Shown: positions 45,204 through 54,034 of the stretch, piece after piece | Position numbering within the stretch: the stretch's first letter is position 1 | Layout: the number at the start of each line of letters is the position of its first letter | Assembly (NCBI GenBank): GCA_035480715.1 | Contig: DATIHL010000015.1 | Location: 8,384-72,383, forward strand | DNA from: Candidatus Saccharimonadales bacterium | Lineage (GTDB): Bacteria > Patescibacteriota > Saccharimonadia > Saccharimonadales > UBA10212 | Reading direction: 5' to 3' | DNA: 64,000 bases | Notes under the pieces: model-generated | What the model was told of the DNA's origin: nothing | The model's input: only the letters and a program-made list of their open reading frames with translations | Databases searched by the model: none | Translations under genes and position numbers: made by a program

Positions 45204-45311
45204 TCATTTATAGTAAACTTTACCCGGAACACGCACATCCAGATATTGTGATGGTTGAGTACTAGTTTGATCAAACTGGCGGCGCGATGCTAGAAATTGG
45301 CCAGCCTGCAA
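45204..45311 (-). repeat. Intact-gene copy of the ftsQ 3'-end repeat (partner of 44105-44212)
   Basis: By my manual alignment, 88 of 108 nt are identical to 44105-44212, including the identical 26-nt core ACACGCACATCCAGATATTGTGATGG. Confidence 0.7.
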
Positions 45312-46058
45312 TAGGCCATCGCCACCCAGATAGAATTTTACAAAGTAGCCCCTGTCAGCTGTACGCATATCGACCTCTTGAGCTAGCTGAGGTAATGTCA
45401 ATGAAGCAATTGTAACCCCAGCGTGTTTAGCTTGCTCAGATACGATATTAATAAAATTAACACTGGTTGCGCTAAGAACTTGCTGTCCTTGTTTTATATC
45501 AAATCCACTCTGATCAATAACTTTTGGTAGGTCTTTAATTTTGGGCAATTCAGAAGCCTTAATGACCGCAACTCCTTGAGAATCTACAATGTAATCCACA
45601 CCTCGACTATTTAGAGTAAAGCTTGGAGAAGCGATGTTGAGTCTAACGGTCGGTTTGGTACTGAGGATTAGCAGGTCAATCCTACCGTCCACTATCTCAG
45701 GAAATTGTCGCTGCAAAGACGTTATAATAGCTTTTTCATCCATTGTCAGCTTATTGCGGTTTTTTATCTTTTTGAACTCTTTAACTGAGGCTTCTTGATA
45801 TGTTGAGACCGGACGATAGACAGACGAATTTAAAACAACCTTGGGGCTTGATTTAACAACCAGAGTGTAGGCAGCGCCTGATAACAATGCAATCAGTAAC
45901 AAAAAATCTACTAATCTTGAGAAGGATTTCCGACGCCGCGGTTTGGTTTTCTTATCAAAAGGACTGCTAGCTGAACGCTCAGCTGAGCGGTAATATCGCA
46001 ACGCTGCTTTTGACGAGCCGTTAGATGGATTGCGGTTTCTGGGCCTATTGTCCGACAT
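45204..46058 (-). CDS. ftsQ: Cell division protein FtsQ/DivIB-like
   Basis: It sits after murG in the dcw cluster. Basic cytoplasmic N-terminus, one TM segment (LVDFLLLIALLSGAAYTLVV), and a POTRA-like region. Confidence 0.6.
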   Translation of the reverse strand: MSDNRPRNRNPSNGSSKAALRYYRSAERSASSPFDKKTKPRRRKSFSRLVDFLLLIALLSGAAYTLVVKSSPKVVLNSSVYRPVSTYQEASVKEFKKIKNRNKLTMDEKAIITSLQRQFPEIVDGRIDLLILSTKPTVRLNIASPSFTLNSRGVDYIVDSQGVAVIKASELPKIKDLPKVIDQSGFDIKQGQQVLSATSVNFINIVSEQAKHAGVTIASLTLPQLAQEVDMRTADRGYFVKFYLGGDGLLQAGQFLASRRQFDQTSTQPSQYLDVRVPGKVYYK

Positions 46059-47247
46059 TAGTCGATTTATTCCTGTGCTGCTTGGCTACGTCCAGCAAAA
46101 TTTCTGCCAGTTTATTAGCTGCATCGACCTTTGCCAATGATCCGAGTTTATCTGACAATTGCCGGCGCTTAGCATCATCTTCCAAAACTTTTGTGATGGC
46201 TTTAAGAAGCGTCGTATCATCGGCTTCATTAGCGATCACCAGTACTGCTTTGTGCCTTTCTAGCTCCTTAGCATTTTTTAGCTGTTGACCGCCGGTTAAA
46301 TGCGGTGCCGGAATTAAAATAACGGCTTTTCGCTGGGCGGCCAGTTCGGCAATAGTGGTGGCGCCCGCACGCGTAATAACTAAATCAGCAGCGCCCGTAT
46401 ATATAGAAAAATCAGGCGTAAAGCCAATAACTTTGACCCGATCCATATCGTCGGGCGCTGAATCCTGATACTTCTCTTTAACCTCTGGCTCGTGCTTCTG
46501 CCCGGTTATATGAATTATATGTAGATTCTTAAAACGTGTTAGTAGTTCTGGAGCTGCTACCACAGCTTTTTTATTAATATCTTGCGCACCAAGCCCTCCC
46601 CCGCTGAAAAGCAGAGTCAGGGCATCTTTTGGCAGGCCCAGTTGCTTTTTAAGATCTTTTTGCATTTGGGCTGTTACTGGCTTAATCCGCTCGTCTAGTG
46701 GAATGCCCACGTAATGAACGGTTTCTTCAGGATAGCTATGATATTTAGCCGGCATGCCAGTAGCATGGACTTGCGCAAATCGCCCAATGATACGATTTGC
46801 CAGACCCGGAACAGTATCTGAATCGTGAGTAACTATGGGGATTTTTTGCAGACGAGCTGCTAAGCCGACTGGCACCGCCACAAAACCACCTTTAGAAAAG
46901 ACGATATTCGGCTTAATTTGCCTGAGGATTTTACGAGCCGACCTAAATCCAGCCAGTACGCGGAAAATATCTCTGATATTTAAAGCTATGGTGCGTACAT
47001 CAACTAGATGCGCCAAAAGGCTCTCGCCATAGTAACGGCGAAACTTACCGGATGGGATAGAGCGAACTTCGTCAAATATCTGGTACCGTGCTTGTAGACT
47101 GTTTTCAAGTGTTTCCCCTTTTAGCCCGATATAGACGATATAGCATTTCGGTGAGGCCTTTTTAAGTGCGTGGGCGAGCGACAGCAGAGGGGTTATGTGC
47201 CCCCCCGAGCCGCCGCCCGTTAAAACTATAGTTAATGACTTTTTCAT
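46045..47247 (-). CDS. murG: Undecaprenyldiphospho-muramoylpentapeptide beta-N-acetylglucosaminyltransferase MurG
   Basis: LTGGGSGGHITPLLSLAHAL and ITRAGATTIAELAA. Confidence 0.9.
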   Translation of the reverse strand: MKKSLTIVLTGGGSGGHITPLLSLAHALKKASPKCYIVYIGLKGETLENSLQARYQIFDEVRSIPSGKFRRYYGESLLAHLVDVRTIALNIRDIFRVLAGFRSARKILRQIKPNIVFSKGGFVAVPVGLAARLQKIPIVTHDSDTVPGLANRIIGRFAQVHATGMPAKYHSYPEETVHYVGIPLDERIKPVTAQMQKDLKKQLGLPKDALTLLFSGGGLGAQDINKKAVVAAPELLTRFKNLHIIHITGQKHEPEVKEKYQDSAPDDMDRVKVIGFTPDFSIYTGAADLVITRAGATTIAELAAQRKAVILIPAPHLTGGQQLKNAKELERHKAVLVIANEADDTTLLKAITKVLEDDAKRRQLSDKLGSLAKVDAANKLAEILLDVAKQHRNKSTNVGQ

Positions 47248-48511
47248 TTTGGTAATTCAGTTCGACTTCATTGTAACTAGTATAACGCGAAATCTGATAA
47301 ACCAGCCCCAGAGCAGCTGTCAAAAACACCAAGCTTGTACCCCCCTGGCTGATTAGTGGCAGCGTTATGCCTTTGAGTGGCAACAGACCCAGCATCGCTC
47401 CAATATTAATTATCATTTGCGTACTAAGCCAAGCCAGGACTCCGACTACTAATAATCGGCTCACCCGATCGGCTGTATGCTCGATAATATTTTTTAGTCG
47501 CCGGATAAATAATCCGTATAGTAAAACTATTAAGGTAGTCCCGATAAAGCCGAACTTCTCGGCCATGATAGCAAATATCGAATCGTTTGAGGCTTCGGGT
47601 AGATAACCATAAGCTTGCACCCCGTAACCTAGGCCTTGACCAAAAAGCCCGCCTGAACCAACCGAAATTAGCGCTTGGCAGGCTTGATAGCTGGTGCTTT
47701 GGCAGTTGTTTCCTGGATGCAAAAAAGACGCTAAACGATCGCGTCTATAGCTGGTACTGAATATTGTAACAACCAAAAGCAGTGCTACCGCGCCTCCTAT
47801 TAAGGCTATGCGTTTCATCGGCAAGCCAGCATTGTAGGCCATAAGAGCCATCATAGAAATCATAACTCCGGCCGAACCAAGATCACTTTCAAACTTAGCC
47901 ACAACCACACCAATAGCTATAAGTAAAATAAGCAGAGGCTGCAAAACAGATCTCGGTTCGGCCAATTTCCCCGAACGCCACTTATCTGTTAAAAAGCGGG
48001 CCAGCCAAAGCAGTAGAGCTAATTTAACCAGCTCAGCAATCTGAAAAGAAAAACCACCCAGCCTGATCCACCTATGAGCCTGGTAAACCTGATCTATAGG
48101 TGTAACCATAACTATCAGACAGCCGGCAATAGCCGCCAGTGCCAGCGGAGTAGTAAACTTGAGCCATTGCTTTAGCGGAAAATAAGCCGCCAGACCAAAA
48201 GCCACCAACCCTAGACCAACATCTATCAATTGCTTGGTTATAAAATAGCTTTGGCTGATGTGTTGCGATGCCGCCAAGCCCGGGCTAATAGAATAAACAA
48301 CTACTAAACCGATGGTTAGAAGCAGAGCAGATAGAACAAACAACCAGTAATCAGGCTTATGGCGACGCCCCAAAGCATCCGTATCACTGCCGGAGTTCAT
48401 CATCGGTTCACGTGCCTGGCTGCGGCGTGGCCTGAACTGCCTCACGAGGTCGGGCCTCCCAGAATGAACATTATCAGACCCAAAAGAGCGGCGACTTCGC
48501 CAATAATCCAA
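47162..48511 (-). CDS. ftsW: SEDS-family peptidoglycan glycosyltransferase FtsW
   Basis: FQIAELVKLALLLWLARFL and LPLKGITLPLISQGGTSL. The start may be MMNSGSD at about 48403, which would avoid the 70-nt overlap with mraY. The 3' end overlaps murG by 86 nt. Confidence 0.88.
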   Translation of the reverse strand: MDYWRSRRSFGSDNVHSGRPDLVRQFRPRRSQAREPMMNSGSDTDALGRRHKPDYWLFVLSALLLTIGLVVVYSISPGLAASQHISQSYFITKQLIDVGLGLVAFGLAAYFPLKQWLKFTTPLALAAIAGCLIVMVTPIDQVYQAHRWIRLGGFSFQIAELVKLALLLWLARFLTDKWRSGKLAEPRSVLQPLLILLIAIGVVVAKFESDLGSAGVMISMMALMAYNAGLPMKRIALIGGAVALLLVVTIFSTSYRRDRLASFLHPGNNCQSTSYQACQALISVGSGGLFGQGLGYGVQAYGYLPEASNDSIFAIMAEKFGFIGTTLIVLLYGLFIRRLKNIIEHTADRVSRLLVVGVLAWLSTQMIINIGAMLGLLPLKGITLPLISQGGTSLVFLTAALGLVYQISRYTSYNEVELNYQNEKVINYSFNGRRLGGAHNPSAVARPRT

Positions 48512-49485
48512 AAACGCATGGTAATTTTAGTTTCCGGCCAACCAATGGCCTCAAAATGATGATGGATTGGGCTCGATAAAAATATTTTTTTGCCGGCGCG
48601 CAAGCGCTTACTGGTTATCTGTATGACAACCGAACCAGCCTCTATCACAAACATCGCGCCAATTATCGGCAAAAGCAAGACCGTGTCGGTTAGCATAGCC
48701 ACTACGCCTAGTGCCGTACCCAAAGCAAATGAACCAACATCACCCATAAAAAAGCGTGCCGGGTAGATATTAAACCAGGTATACGAAAGCAGCGCACCTA
48801 CTACTGTCATGCAAAAACCGGCTATGCCGTACTTACCTTCTATAATGGCAATCAACGCATAGGCTCCAAAAGCAATGGCCGACAAGCCCCCCGCTAAACC
48901 ATCAAGACCATCAGTGATATTAACGGCATTGGCCGTTGAAAATATCACCAGCACAAATAACGGAATAATTAGATAGCCAATGTGCAAACTGTGATAAAAA
49001 GGAATATTGATATCTGTTACGCCTAATTTAGAGAAGAACCACCAGCCGCCAATCAGCGCGATAACTAGTAGCAGTAGAGACTTGACCTTAGCCCGCATGC
49101 CGGCAATATTACCGCCGATGCCGCGCACATTAATAATATCGTCAATCAACCCAATACCACCGGCTCCAGCCATCGCCGCCAGCGGCAACCATGTCTCAGA
49201 GCGACTAAGATTACCAGACAGCGTTATGATAGCCGTTGCTAGCACAAAAACAATGCCGGCCATTGTGGGGATATTGCGTGTATGTTTTGCAGCATGAAGC
49301 TTCTGGTAAACTTTGGCAACTTCGCCGGTTATGGCATTGGTACGAGCCTTTTTCCACCAATGTCCGGCAAAAGCAGCTGTGGTATATATCGGCGTTAAGG
49401 CCATACTGACAACAAAGCTCAAGAATCCTAAGACAAAAATTTTCTCAATCGTAGATGAATCAACAAAAACTAATAGACTACTCAT
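48442..49485 (-). CDS. mraY: Phospho-N-acetylmuramoyl-pentapeptide transferase MraY
   Basis: NAVNITDGLDGLAGG, FMGDVGSFALG and PIHHHFE. Confidence 0.92.
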   Translation of the reverse strand: MSSLLVFVDSSTIEKIFVLGFLSFVVSMALTPIYTTAAFAGHWWKKARTNAITGEVAKVYQKLHAAKHTRNIPTMAGIVFVLATAIITLSGNLSRSETWLPLAAMAGAGGIGLIDDIINVRGIGGNIAGMRAKVKSLLLLVIALIGGWWFFSKLGVTDINIPFYHSLHIGYLIIPLFVLVIFSTANAVNITDGLDGLAGGLSAIAFGAYALIAIIEGKYGIAGFCMTVVGALLSYTWFNIYPARFFMGDVGSFALGTALGVVAMLTDTVLLLPIIGAMFVIEAGSVVIQITSKRLRAGKKIFLSSPIHHHFEAIGWPETKITMRFWIIGEVAALLGLIMFILGGPTS

Positions 49486-49533
49486 ATTTGTTTTGGGTTA
49501 ATACAGGCATTATACCACCGTTCCACCGCTTTG

Positions 49534-51327
49534 CTAACCGGATTTGGGCGTTACATTAAAGTTATTTATCAACATGTGGACAAGATCCGCAAATATTGGC
49601 TGGGCTGCACCGCTACCGGCGTAGCCGCCGATGTGCGGTTCGTTGACTCTAACCGCAACTACATACTGCGGCTTGTCACCGCCCACAAAGCCAATGTATG
49701 TGCCGTTATAGCGATTGGCGTAATAGCCGCCGCTGGGATCGGCAATCTGGGCGGTACCGGTTTTGCCACCAACTTCATAGCTATTGCCAAAATTGAGATA
49801 GCTAAAGCCTTCCGCAAGATGCTGTTTGACAACATAATCAAGCAAGGATCTCATGGAAGAGCTGACGGACGGTGAAATAACGTTCCTTCGGACTATCTGC
49901 GGTTTTGTATGGCTGCTGGTGCCAGACGCGTCGACTGTTCGATCGACTAAATGAGGTTGGTAATATGTTCCACCATTAACAATGCTGGCAAGAGCTGCTG
50001 CCATTTGTAGCGGCGTAGCAGTCATAGCCTGCCCAAAAGCGGTGTTTGCATAGGTTAGCTGCAGCGCATAGCCGTTATCGGGATCAGGGATGTAGCCACT
50101 GGCTTCGTAGCCTTGTTCGATGCCGGTGGACTTACCGAGCTGGAAATGATTGACCATATAATCGTGCCAACGGTCGCGTGCTTGTTTATTGACGGTACCG
50201 GTTTGGCCGCCCATCTGCATCAACATCCAAGTAGCACCCGTATTAATCGATAGATTAAGGATACTGGCTATGCTTTGCGTGCCGGCGCCACCATCCTCCT
50301 CGATGTTTGTTATCTGGTGCCCATCAAGCAACCAATGGCTGGGATCATGGTAAGTTGTATCCGCCTTAATCACGCCTAAATCAAGTGCCGCGCTGGCAGT
50401 CAGCGCCTTCATGGTGGACCCAACTTCAAGCGGTGCGCTTACAGAGGCATTATTAAAAACACTGGCGTCATTAACGGTGTAATACTGCGAAGGATCATAA
50501 GTAGGCCAATTGGCCATGGCTTTAACTGCCCCGCTGTACGGATCGATAATCAAGGCGCTGCCCGAGCCACTTTTAGCCCTATCTAGCCCGGTCTTTAGAA
50601 GATTTTCCAATTGTTTTTGCATGCTTAGATCAATTGTCAGTACAACATCAGTGCCATTTTTTGGATTAATCTTGACATTGTCCCTGCTGGCTGCCAGGGG
50701 CACCCCGGCCGCATCGGTTATAGCCTTGAGTTTGCCCGGTTTGCCAGCCAGTGATGGATTCAGGGCCTGCTCAATACCATATTTACCCAATCCATCGTTA
50801 TTCACAAACCCCAGTAGTTGCGCCGCCAAAGTACCTTGTGGATAGGTACGATAGTCTTGTGCTTGCGTGCCGACTCCGGCTAGTTTGAGCGAGGATATCT
50901 GATTCTTCTGGTCTTCAGACAACTTCTTGGATAGTATGACGTAACGCGTTTTGGTCTTTTTCATTGCACTGACGTACTCAGTTACACTACCCTTCGTGAT
51001 TGCAGCTAATTTCACAGCATCGTTGGGAGCATTTTTTATAAATAAGGGGTCTACAAAAAGTGTGTATAGCTTCTGATTAAGCACCAGTGGTACTGGTGAG
51101 CCATTTTCGTAAGCTTTGATAATCCCCCTCTCTGCCGGAATTGAGTACTCTTTAAGCTGATCAGACAGCGCCTGCGAGTGGTAATAATCGTGCTTGATGA
51201 TTTGTAAGTAAAACAGCCGAACAATGAAAACTACCAATATAAAAACCAAGACGCCGTACCATAATTTAAGGCGTCGATTAGCTGAAGAACCGGTTTTATC
51301 TTGCCAAGACGGCAAATTTGGTCGCAT
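49534..51327 (-). CDS. ftsI: Class B penicillin-binding protein (FtsI/PBP2-type transpeptidase)
   Basis: N-terminal TM segment, the SxxK motif GSTMK, and the KTG motif GGKTGTAQ. Confidence 0.88.
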   Translation of the reverse strand: MRPNLPSWQDKTGSSANRRLKLWYGVLVFILVVFIVRLFYLQIIKHDYYHSQALSDQLKEYSIPAERGIIKAYENGSPVPLVLNQKLYTLFVDPLFIKNAPNDAVKLAAITKGSVTEYVSAMKKTKTRYVILSKKLSEDQKNQISSLKLAGVGTQAQDYRTYPQGTLAAQLLGFVNNDGLGKYGIEQALNPSLAGKPGKLKAITDAAGVPLAASRDNVKINPKNGTDVVLTIDLSMQKQLENLLKTGLDRAKSGSGSALIIDPYSGAVKAMANWPTYDPSQYYTVNDASVFNNASVSAPLEVGSTMKALTASAALDLGVIKADTTYHDPSHWLLDGHQITNIEEDGGAGTQSIASILNLSINTGATWMLMQMGGQTGTVNKQARDRWHDYMVNHFQLGKSTGIEQGYEASGYIPDPDNGYALQLTYANTAFGQAMTATPLQMAAALASIVNGGTYYQPHLVDRTVDASGTSSHTKPQIVRRNVISPSVSSSMRSLLDYVVKQHLAEGFSYLNFGNSYEVGGKTGTAQIADPSGGYYANRYNGTYIGFVGGDKPQYVVAVRVNEPHIGGYAGSGAAQPIFADLVHMLINNFNVTPKSG

Positions 51328-51342
51328 TAGAGAATACTAGTA

Positions 51343-51687
51343 TTAGTGAATTGAACCTGATGGCGCAACCGACACTAGGCTCTTAGCCACCGAGCTTGAA
51401 GCAACTCTGTCAAGGGATTGCAATCTGGCGGTGTTGACTTCTATATCAGCTTTTTGGCTCTTTAATTGTGTTTGTTCTTGCTGCAGATTGTTAATGGTAT
51501 ATCCGTAGCTGTTAGTTTTAGTTACCTGTGTCAGATAAAGCAGGCCAATTAGACAGGCAAGCACAATCAAAATAACGCTGTTGCTAATCGGACCAAGAGT
51601 CCTACCAGAACGAGCAAAGGTTACGCTATTTTGGTTTCGGCGCAGATAACCTCGACGGCTGGCTGCTACAGAAGAAGAATATGTCAT
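51343..51687 (-). CDS. ftsL: FtsL/DivIC-like small bitopic division protein
   Basis: 114 aa with one TM segment (VILIVLACLIGLLYL) followed by a heptad-like region. It lies between rsmH and the PBP gene. Confidence 0.5.
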   Translation of the reverse strand: MTYSSSVAASRRGYLRRNQNSVTFARSGRTLGPISNSVILIVLACLIGLLYLTQVTKTNSYGYTINNLQQEQTQLKSQKADIEVNTARLQSLDRVASSSVAKSLVSVAPSGSIH

Positions 51688-51848
51688 ATTTTTTGTTTTT
51701 GGTGGCAGCGCTCCTCAGCGCTTTTAGGACATTGAAGCGCTGCCCTTTGGTCCCTTAGGCGGGATTAGCTAGAGTCTTTTACAACTCTAACCTGGATCTT
51801 ATACGCCCGGGAGTGACTCTGTACCTTAATAGGCATTTCGAGTTTTCC

Positions 51849-52748
51849 TTAGATCCTTTCTATGGTTTTTATTTTTACGGCGGCTCGTAGTTTAGCGCTA
51901 CGCGCTCGCGGATTGGAAACGATTTCATCTTTAGCTGCTGTCAGCGGCTTCTTGGTTAGAATTTTCAGCTCCCCTTCGTAGGTACTGGTAGAATGTTCGG
52001 CCAGAAAATTCTTGACTATACGGTCTTCCAGGCTGTGGAAGCTGATCACGGCTAAGCGCCCGCCAGGTGCGAGTAAATCCAGCCAGAGCGGTAAGGATTG
52101 CTCCAGCTGATTCAGCTCGTCATTGACGGCTATACGCAGCGCTTGGAACGCTCTAGTCGCCGGATGTACCCGGCTACCACGCGGCCAAGCTCTAGCAGCT
52201 ATCTTGGCAAGTTGATCGGTGGTTTTTATTGGGCGCGCCTGGACAATCATCCTGGCGATCTGTCGGGCTTTTGGCTCTTCACCGTATTCGGCGAGGATGC
52301 GGTTAAGCTCGGCTTCTGATGATTGATTTACCAGGTCTTCTGCGCTCAGCTCTTGTCTTAGGTCCATGCGCATATCAAGCGGCCCACTGCGGGCGAACGA
52401 AAAACCACGACTTGCACTCTCAAGGTGCGGTGAACTTACGCCCAAATCGGCCAAAATCATATCAAATTGCCTATCCTGGCGAGCAAGCTCAGCAGAAGCG
52501 CTCAAAAAATCCTGGTGGACTATCTGCGCTCCGGCTGCCGCAAAACGATCAGCTAATACGGCAGTGGCTTCTCTATCGCGCTCAATTAAAACAGCCTCGT
52601 TGGGCTGCCTTGTTTGAGCTAAGACGGCTTGGGCATGACCACCATATCCGGCAGTTACGTCCAGATATGATTCACCCTCTTGCGGTTTAAGGCAGTCTAG
52701 GACTGCTTTTAGCAAGACGGGTGTATGTTTTTGGTTTGTTTGTGACAT
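51849..52748 (-). CDS. rsmH: 16S rRNA (cytosine1402-N4)-methyltransferase RsmH (MraW)
   Basis: HTPVLLKAVLDCL...YLDVTAGYGGHAQAVL...DLGVSSPHL...SFHSLEDRIVK. Confidence 0.92.
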   Translation of the reverse strand: MSQTNQKHTPVLLKAVLDCLKPQEGESYLDVTAGYGGHAQAVLAQTRQPNEAVLIERDREATAVLADRFAAAGAQIVHQDFLSASAELARQDRQFDMILADLGVSSPHLESASRGFSFARSGPLDMRMDLRQELSAEDLVNQSSEAELNRILAEYGEEPKARQIARMIVQARPIKTTDQLAKIAARAWPRGSRVHPATRAFQALRIAVNDELNQLEQSLPLWLDLLAPGGRLAVISFHSLEDRIVKNFLAEHSTSTYEGELKILTKKPLTAAKDEIVSNPRARSAKLRAAVKIKTIERI

Positions 52749-53073
52749 TTTTGTTTTTGTTTTTGCAAGGTCACCTATTTAGCAGTCAACTTTTTGTTTT
52801 TTTGGTTTTTTTGTTTTTGTTTAATCTGCCCAAGTTTTGGAGCAGATTTTTTAGTGGAGCTTAGGGCGCGAATAAATTCTTGCCGCTGAGCTCCGTAAAG
52901 TTCTTTGTGAGAGACTTTGTGAGGTGGAGTTTTGGGAGGTGTTATTGTGTGAAAAATGTGCAAGGGTTTTGTTAACGATGGGCCCCGTTGTACCACCGGC
53001 TGACTGCCAAATAGCTAACCTCGATGAGAGCTATTTGATCAACTTGCTAATTGTTAAGTTGCAAAGGACTTCC

Positions 53074-53436
53074 CTACACGGTCGTCTTCCCCATTAGCCG
53101 CCAATACTTACCGGCGCGCACTGCTACGACATCGCGGTCGATCCCCGCCCAGTCCAGCAAATGCTGCTCTATGGTAATCCGGCCCTGCTTTTGGTCTATA
53201 TCGCCCTCCGTCTTGCCCATTCGGAACCGCACATTTAAGTCGGCCGTGGCCTCGTCCAGGATGTTTCCTGTTAGTTTAGGCTCGACCTGTTCGTCCCAGA
53301 CAGATTTGGGATATAGATGTAGATAGTTTTTAAACCCCTTGGTTAGCACTACCCCGCTAGCAAACTCGGCGCGCAACTCTGACGGGATCGTCAGACGCCG
53401 CTTGTCGTCGAGCTTTCGTTCGAAGTAATCTCCCAT
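53074..53436 (-). CDS. mraZ: Transcriptional regulator MraZ (short form)
   Basis: Two SpoVT/AbrB-like halves with DDKRRLTIP and DQKQGRITI (DxxxR motifs). AAGGAG RBS. First gene of the dcw cluster. Confidence 0.75.
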   Translation of the reverse strand: MGDYFERKLDDKRRLTIPSELRAEFASGVVLTKGFKNYLHLYPKSVWDEQVEPKLTGNILDEATADLNVRFRMGKTEGDIDQKQGRITIEQHLLDWAGIDRDVVAVRAGKYWRLMGKTTV

Positions 53437-53492
53437 GAGGTCTCCTTTTGATTGATAGTGGTTTTTATTTTGATGAGCAGACTATTTTGGCC

Positions 53493-53540
53493 TACCCACT
53501 GTTACCCACTAACATGACTATACTACCCACCTCTACCCAC
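53493..53540 (-). promoter_or_regulatory. Four phased GTGGGTA direct repeats, a putative MraZ operator
   Basis: TACCCAC on the plus strand at 53493-53499, 53503-53509, 53524-53530 and 53534-53540 (start-to-start 10, 21, 10 nt), 57-104 nt upstream of the mraZ ATG. Confidence 0.55.
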
Positions 53541-53546
53541 AAGCAA
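53517..53546 (-). promoter_or_regulatory. Candidate mraZ/dcw promoter overlapping the GTGGGTA boxes
   Basis: The minus strand reads TTGCTT (53546-53541), an 18-nt spacer containing two GTGGGTA boxes, then TATAGT (53522-53517). Confidence 0.35.
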
Positions 53547-53684
53547 TAGCAATTTAATAAAAAGGCGGTGTTTTATAGCAACACTTTTCCACAGATGAAA
53601 ACTTCTTAATTTTTACACACAATATGTAGGGTCTGCGTCCATTGGCTAGACACTACGACAATCTGCTTTACTTCTTATGTTCTG

Positions 53685-53999
53685 CTACGGTGCAGGTTGA
53701 GTAGCCTGAGGGGAATCGTCTGGGAAAACAGCTCTAAACTCATCAGCTGGGCTCATATTATATTTAATACCAGCAATTGCCATACTACCTACTACTACAC
53801 CAACCGCTAGAACTCTGCCGATGCGGAGGTCTTCGATTCTATCAAAAACGCGTCTAGTCGCCGATGGTTTTGAGGCGTCTCTAAGTTCTTGGGTACGAGT
53901 TGTTCGCCGTTCGAACATATCGAGCTTATGCAGCTCATCAGGGTGAAAAGTTGATCCTAAGGTCGTATTTGGAGTGTTTATTTCTGTCATAACACGCAT
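53685..53999 (-). CDS. Hypothetical protein with one TM segment
   Basis: 104 aa with the hydrophobic stretch VLAVGVVVGSMAIAGI. No known domain. Confidence 0.4.
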   Translation of the reverse strand: MRVMTEINTPNTTLGSTFHPDELHKLDMFERRTTRTQELRDASKPSATRRVFDRIEDLRIGRVLAVGVVVGSMAIAGIKYNMSPADEFRAVFPDDSPQATQPAP

Positions 54000-54034
54000 A
54001 TATTAGCACAGATTACCAAAAAGGTCAAGCTTAT

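Noticed and set aside
52775-52996. A 73-aa Lys-rich ORF in the mraZ-rsmH spacer.
   Set aside because: It has a GTG start without an RBS, and its C-terminal KQKQKNQKNKK simply translates the A-rich tract. There is no domain. It is kept only as a note, because a real small basic protein cannot be excluded without conservation data.
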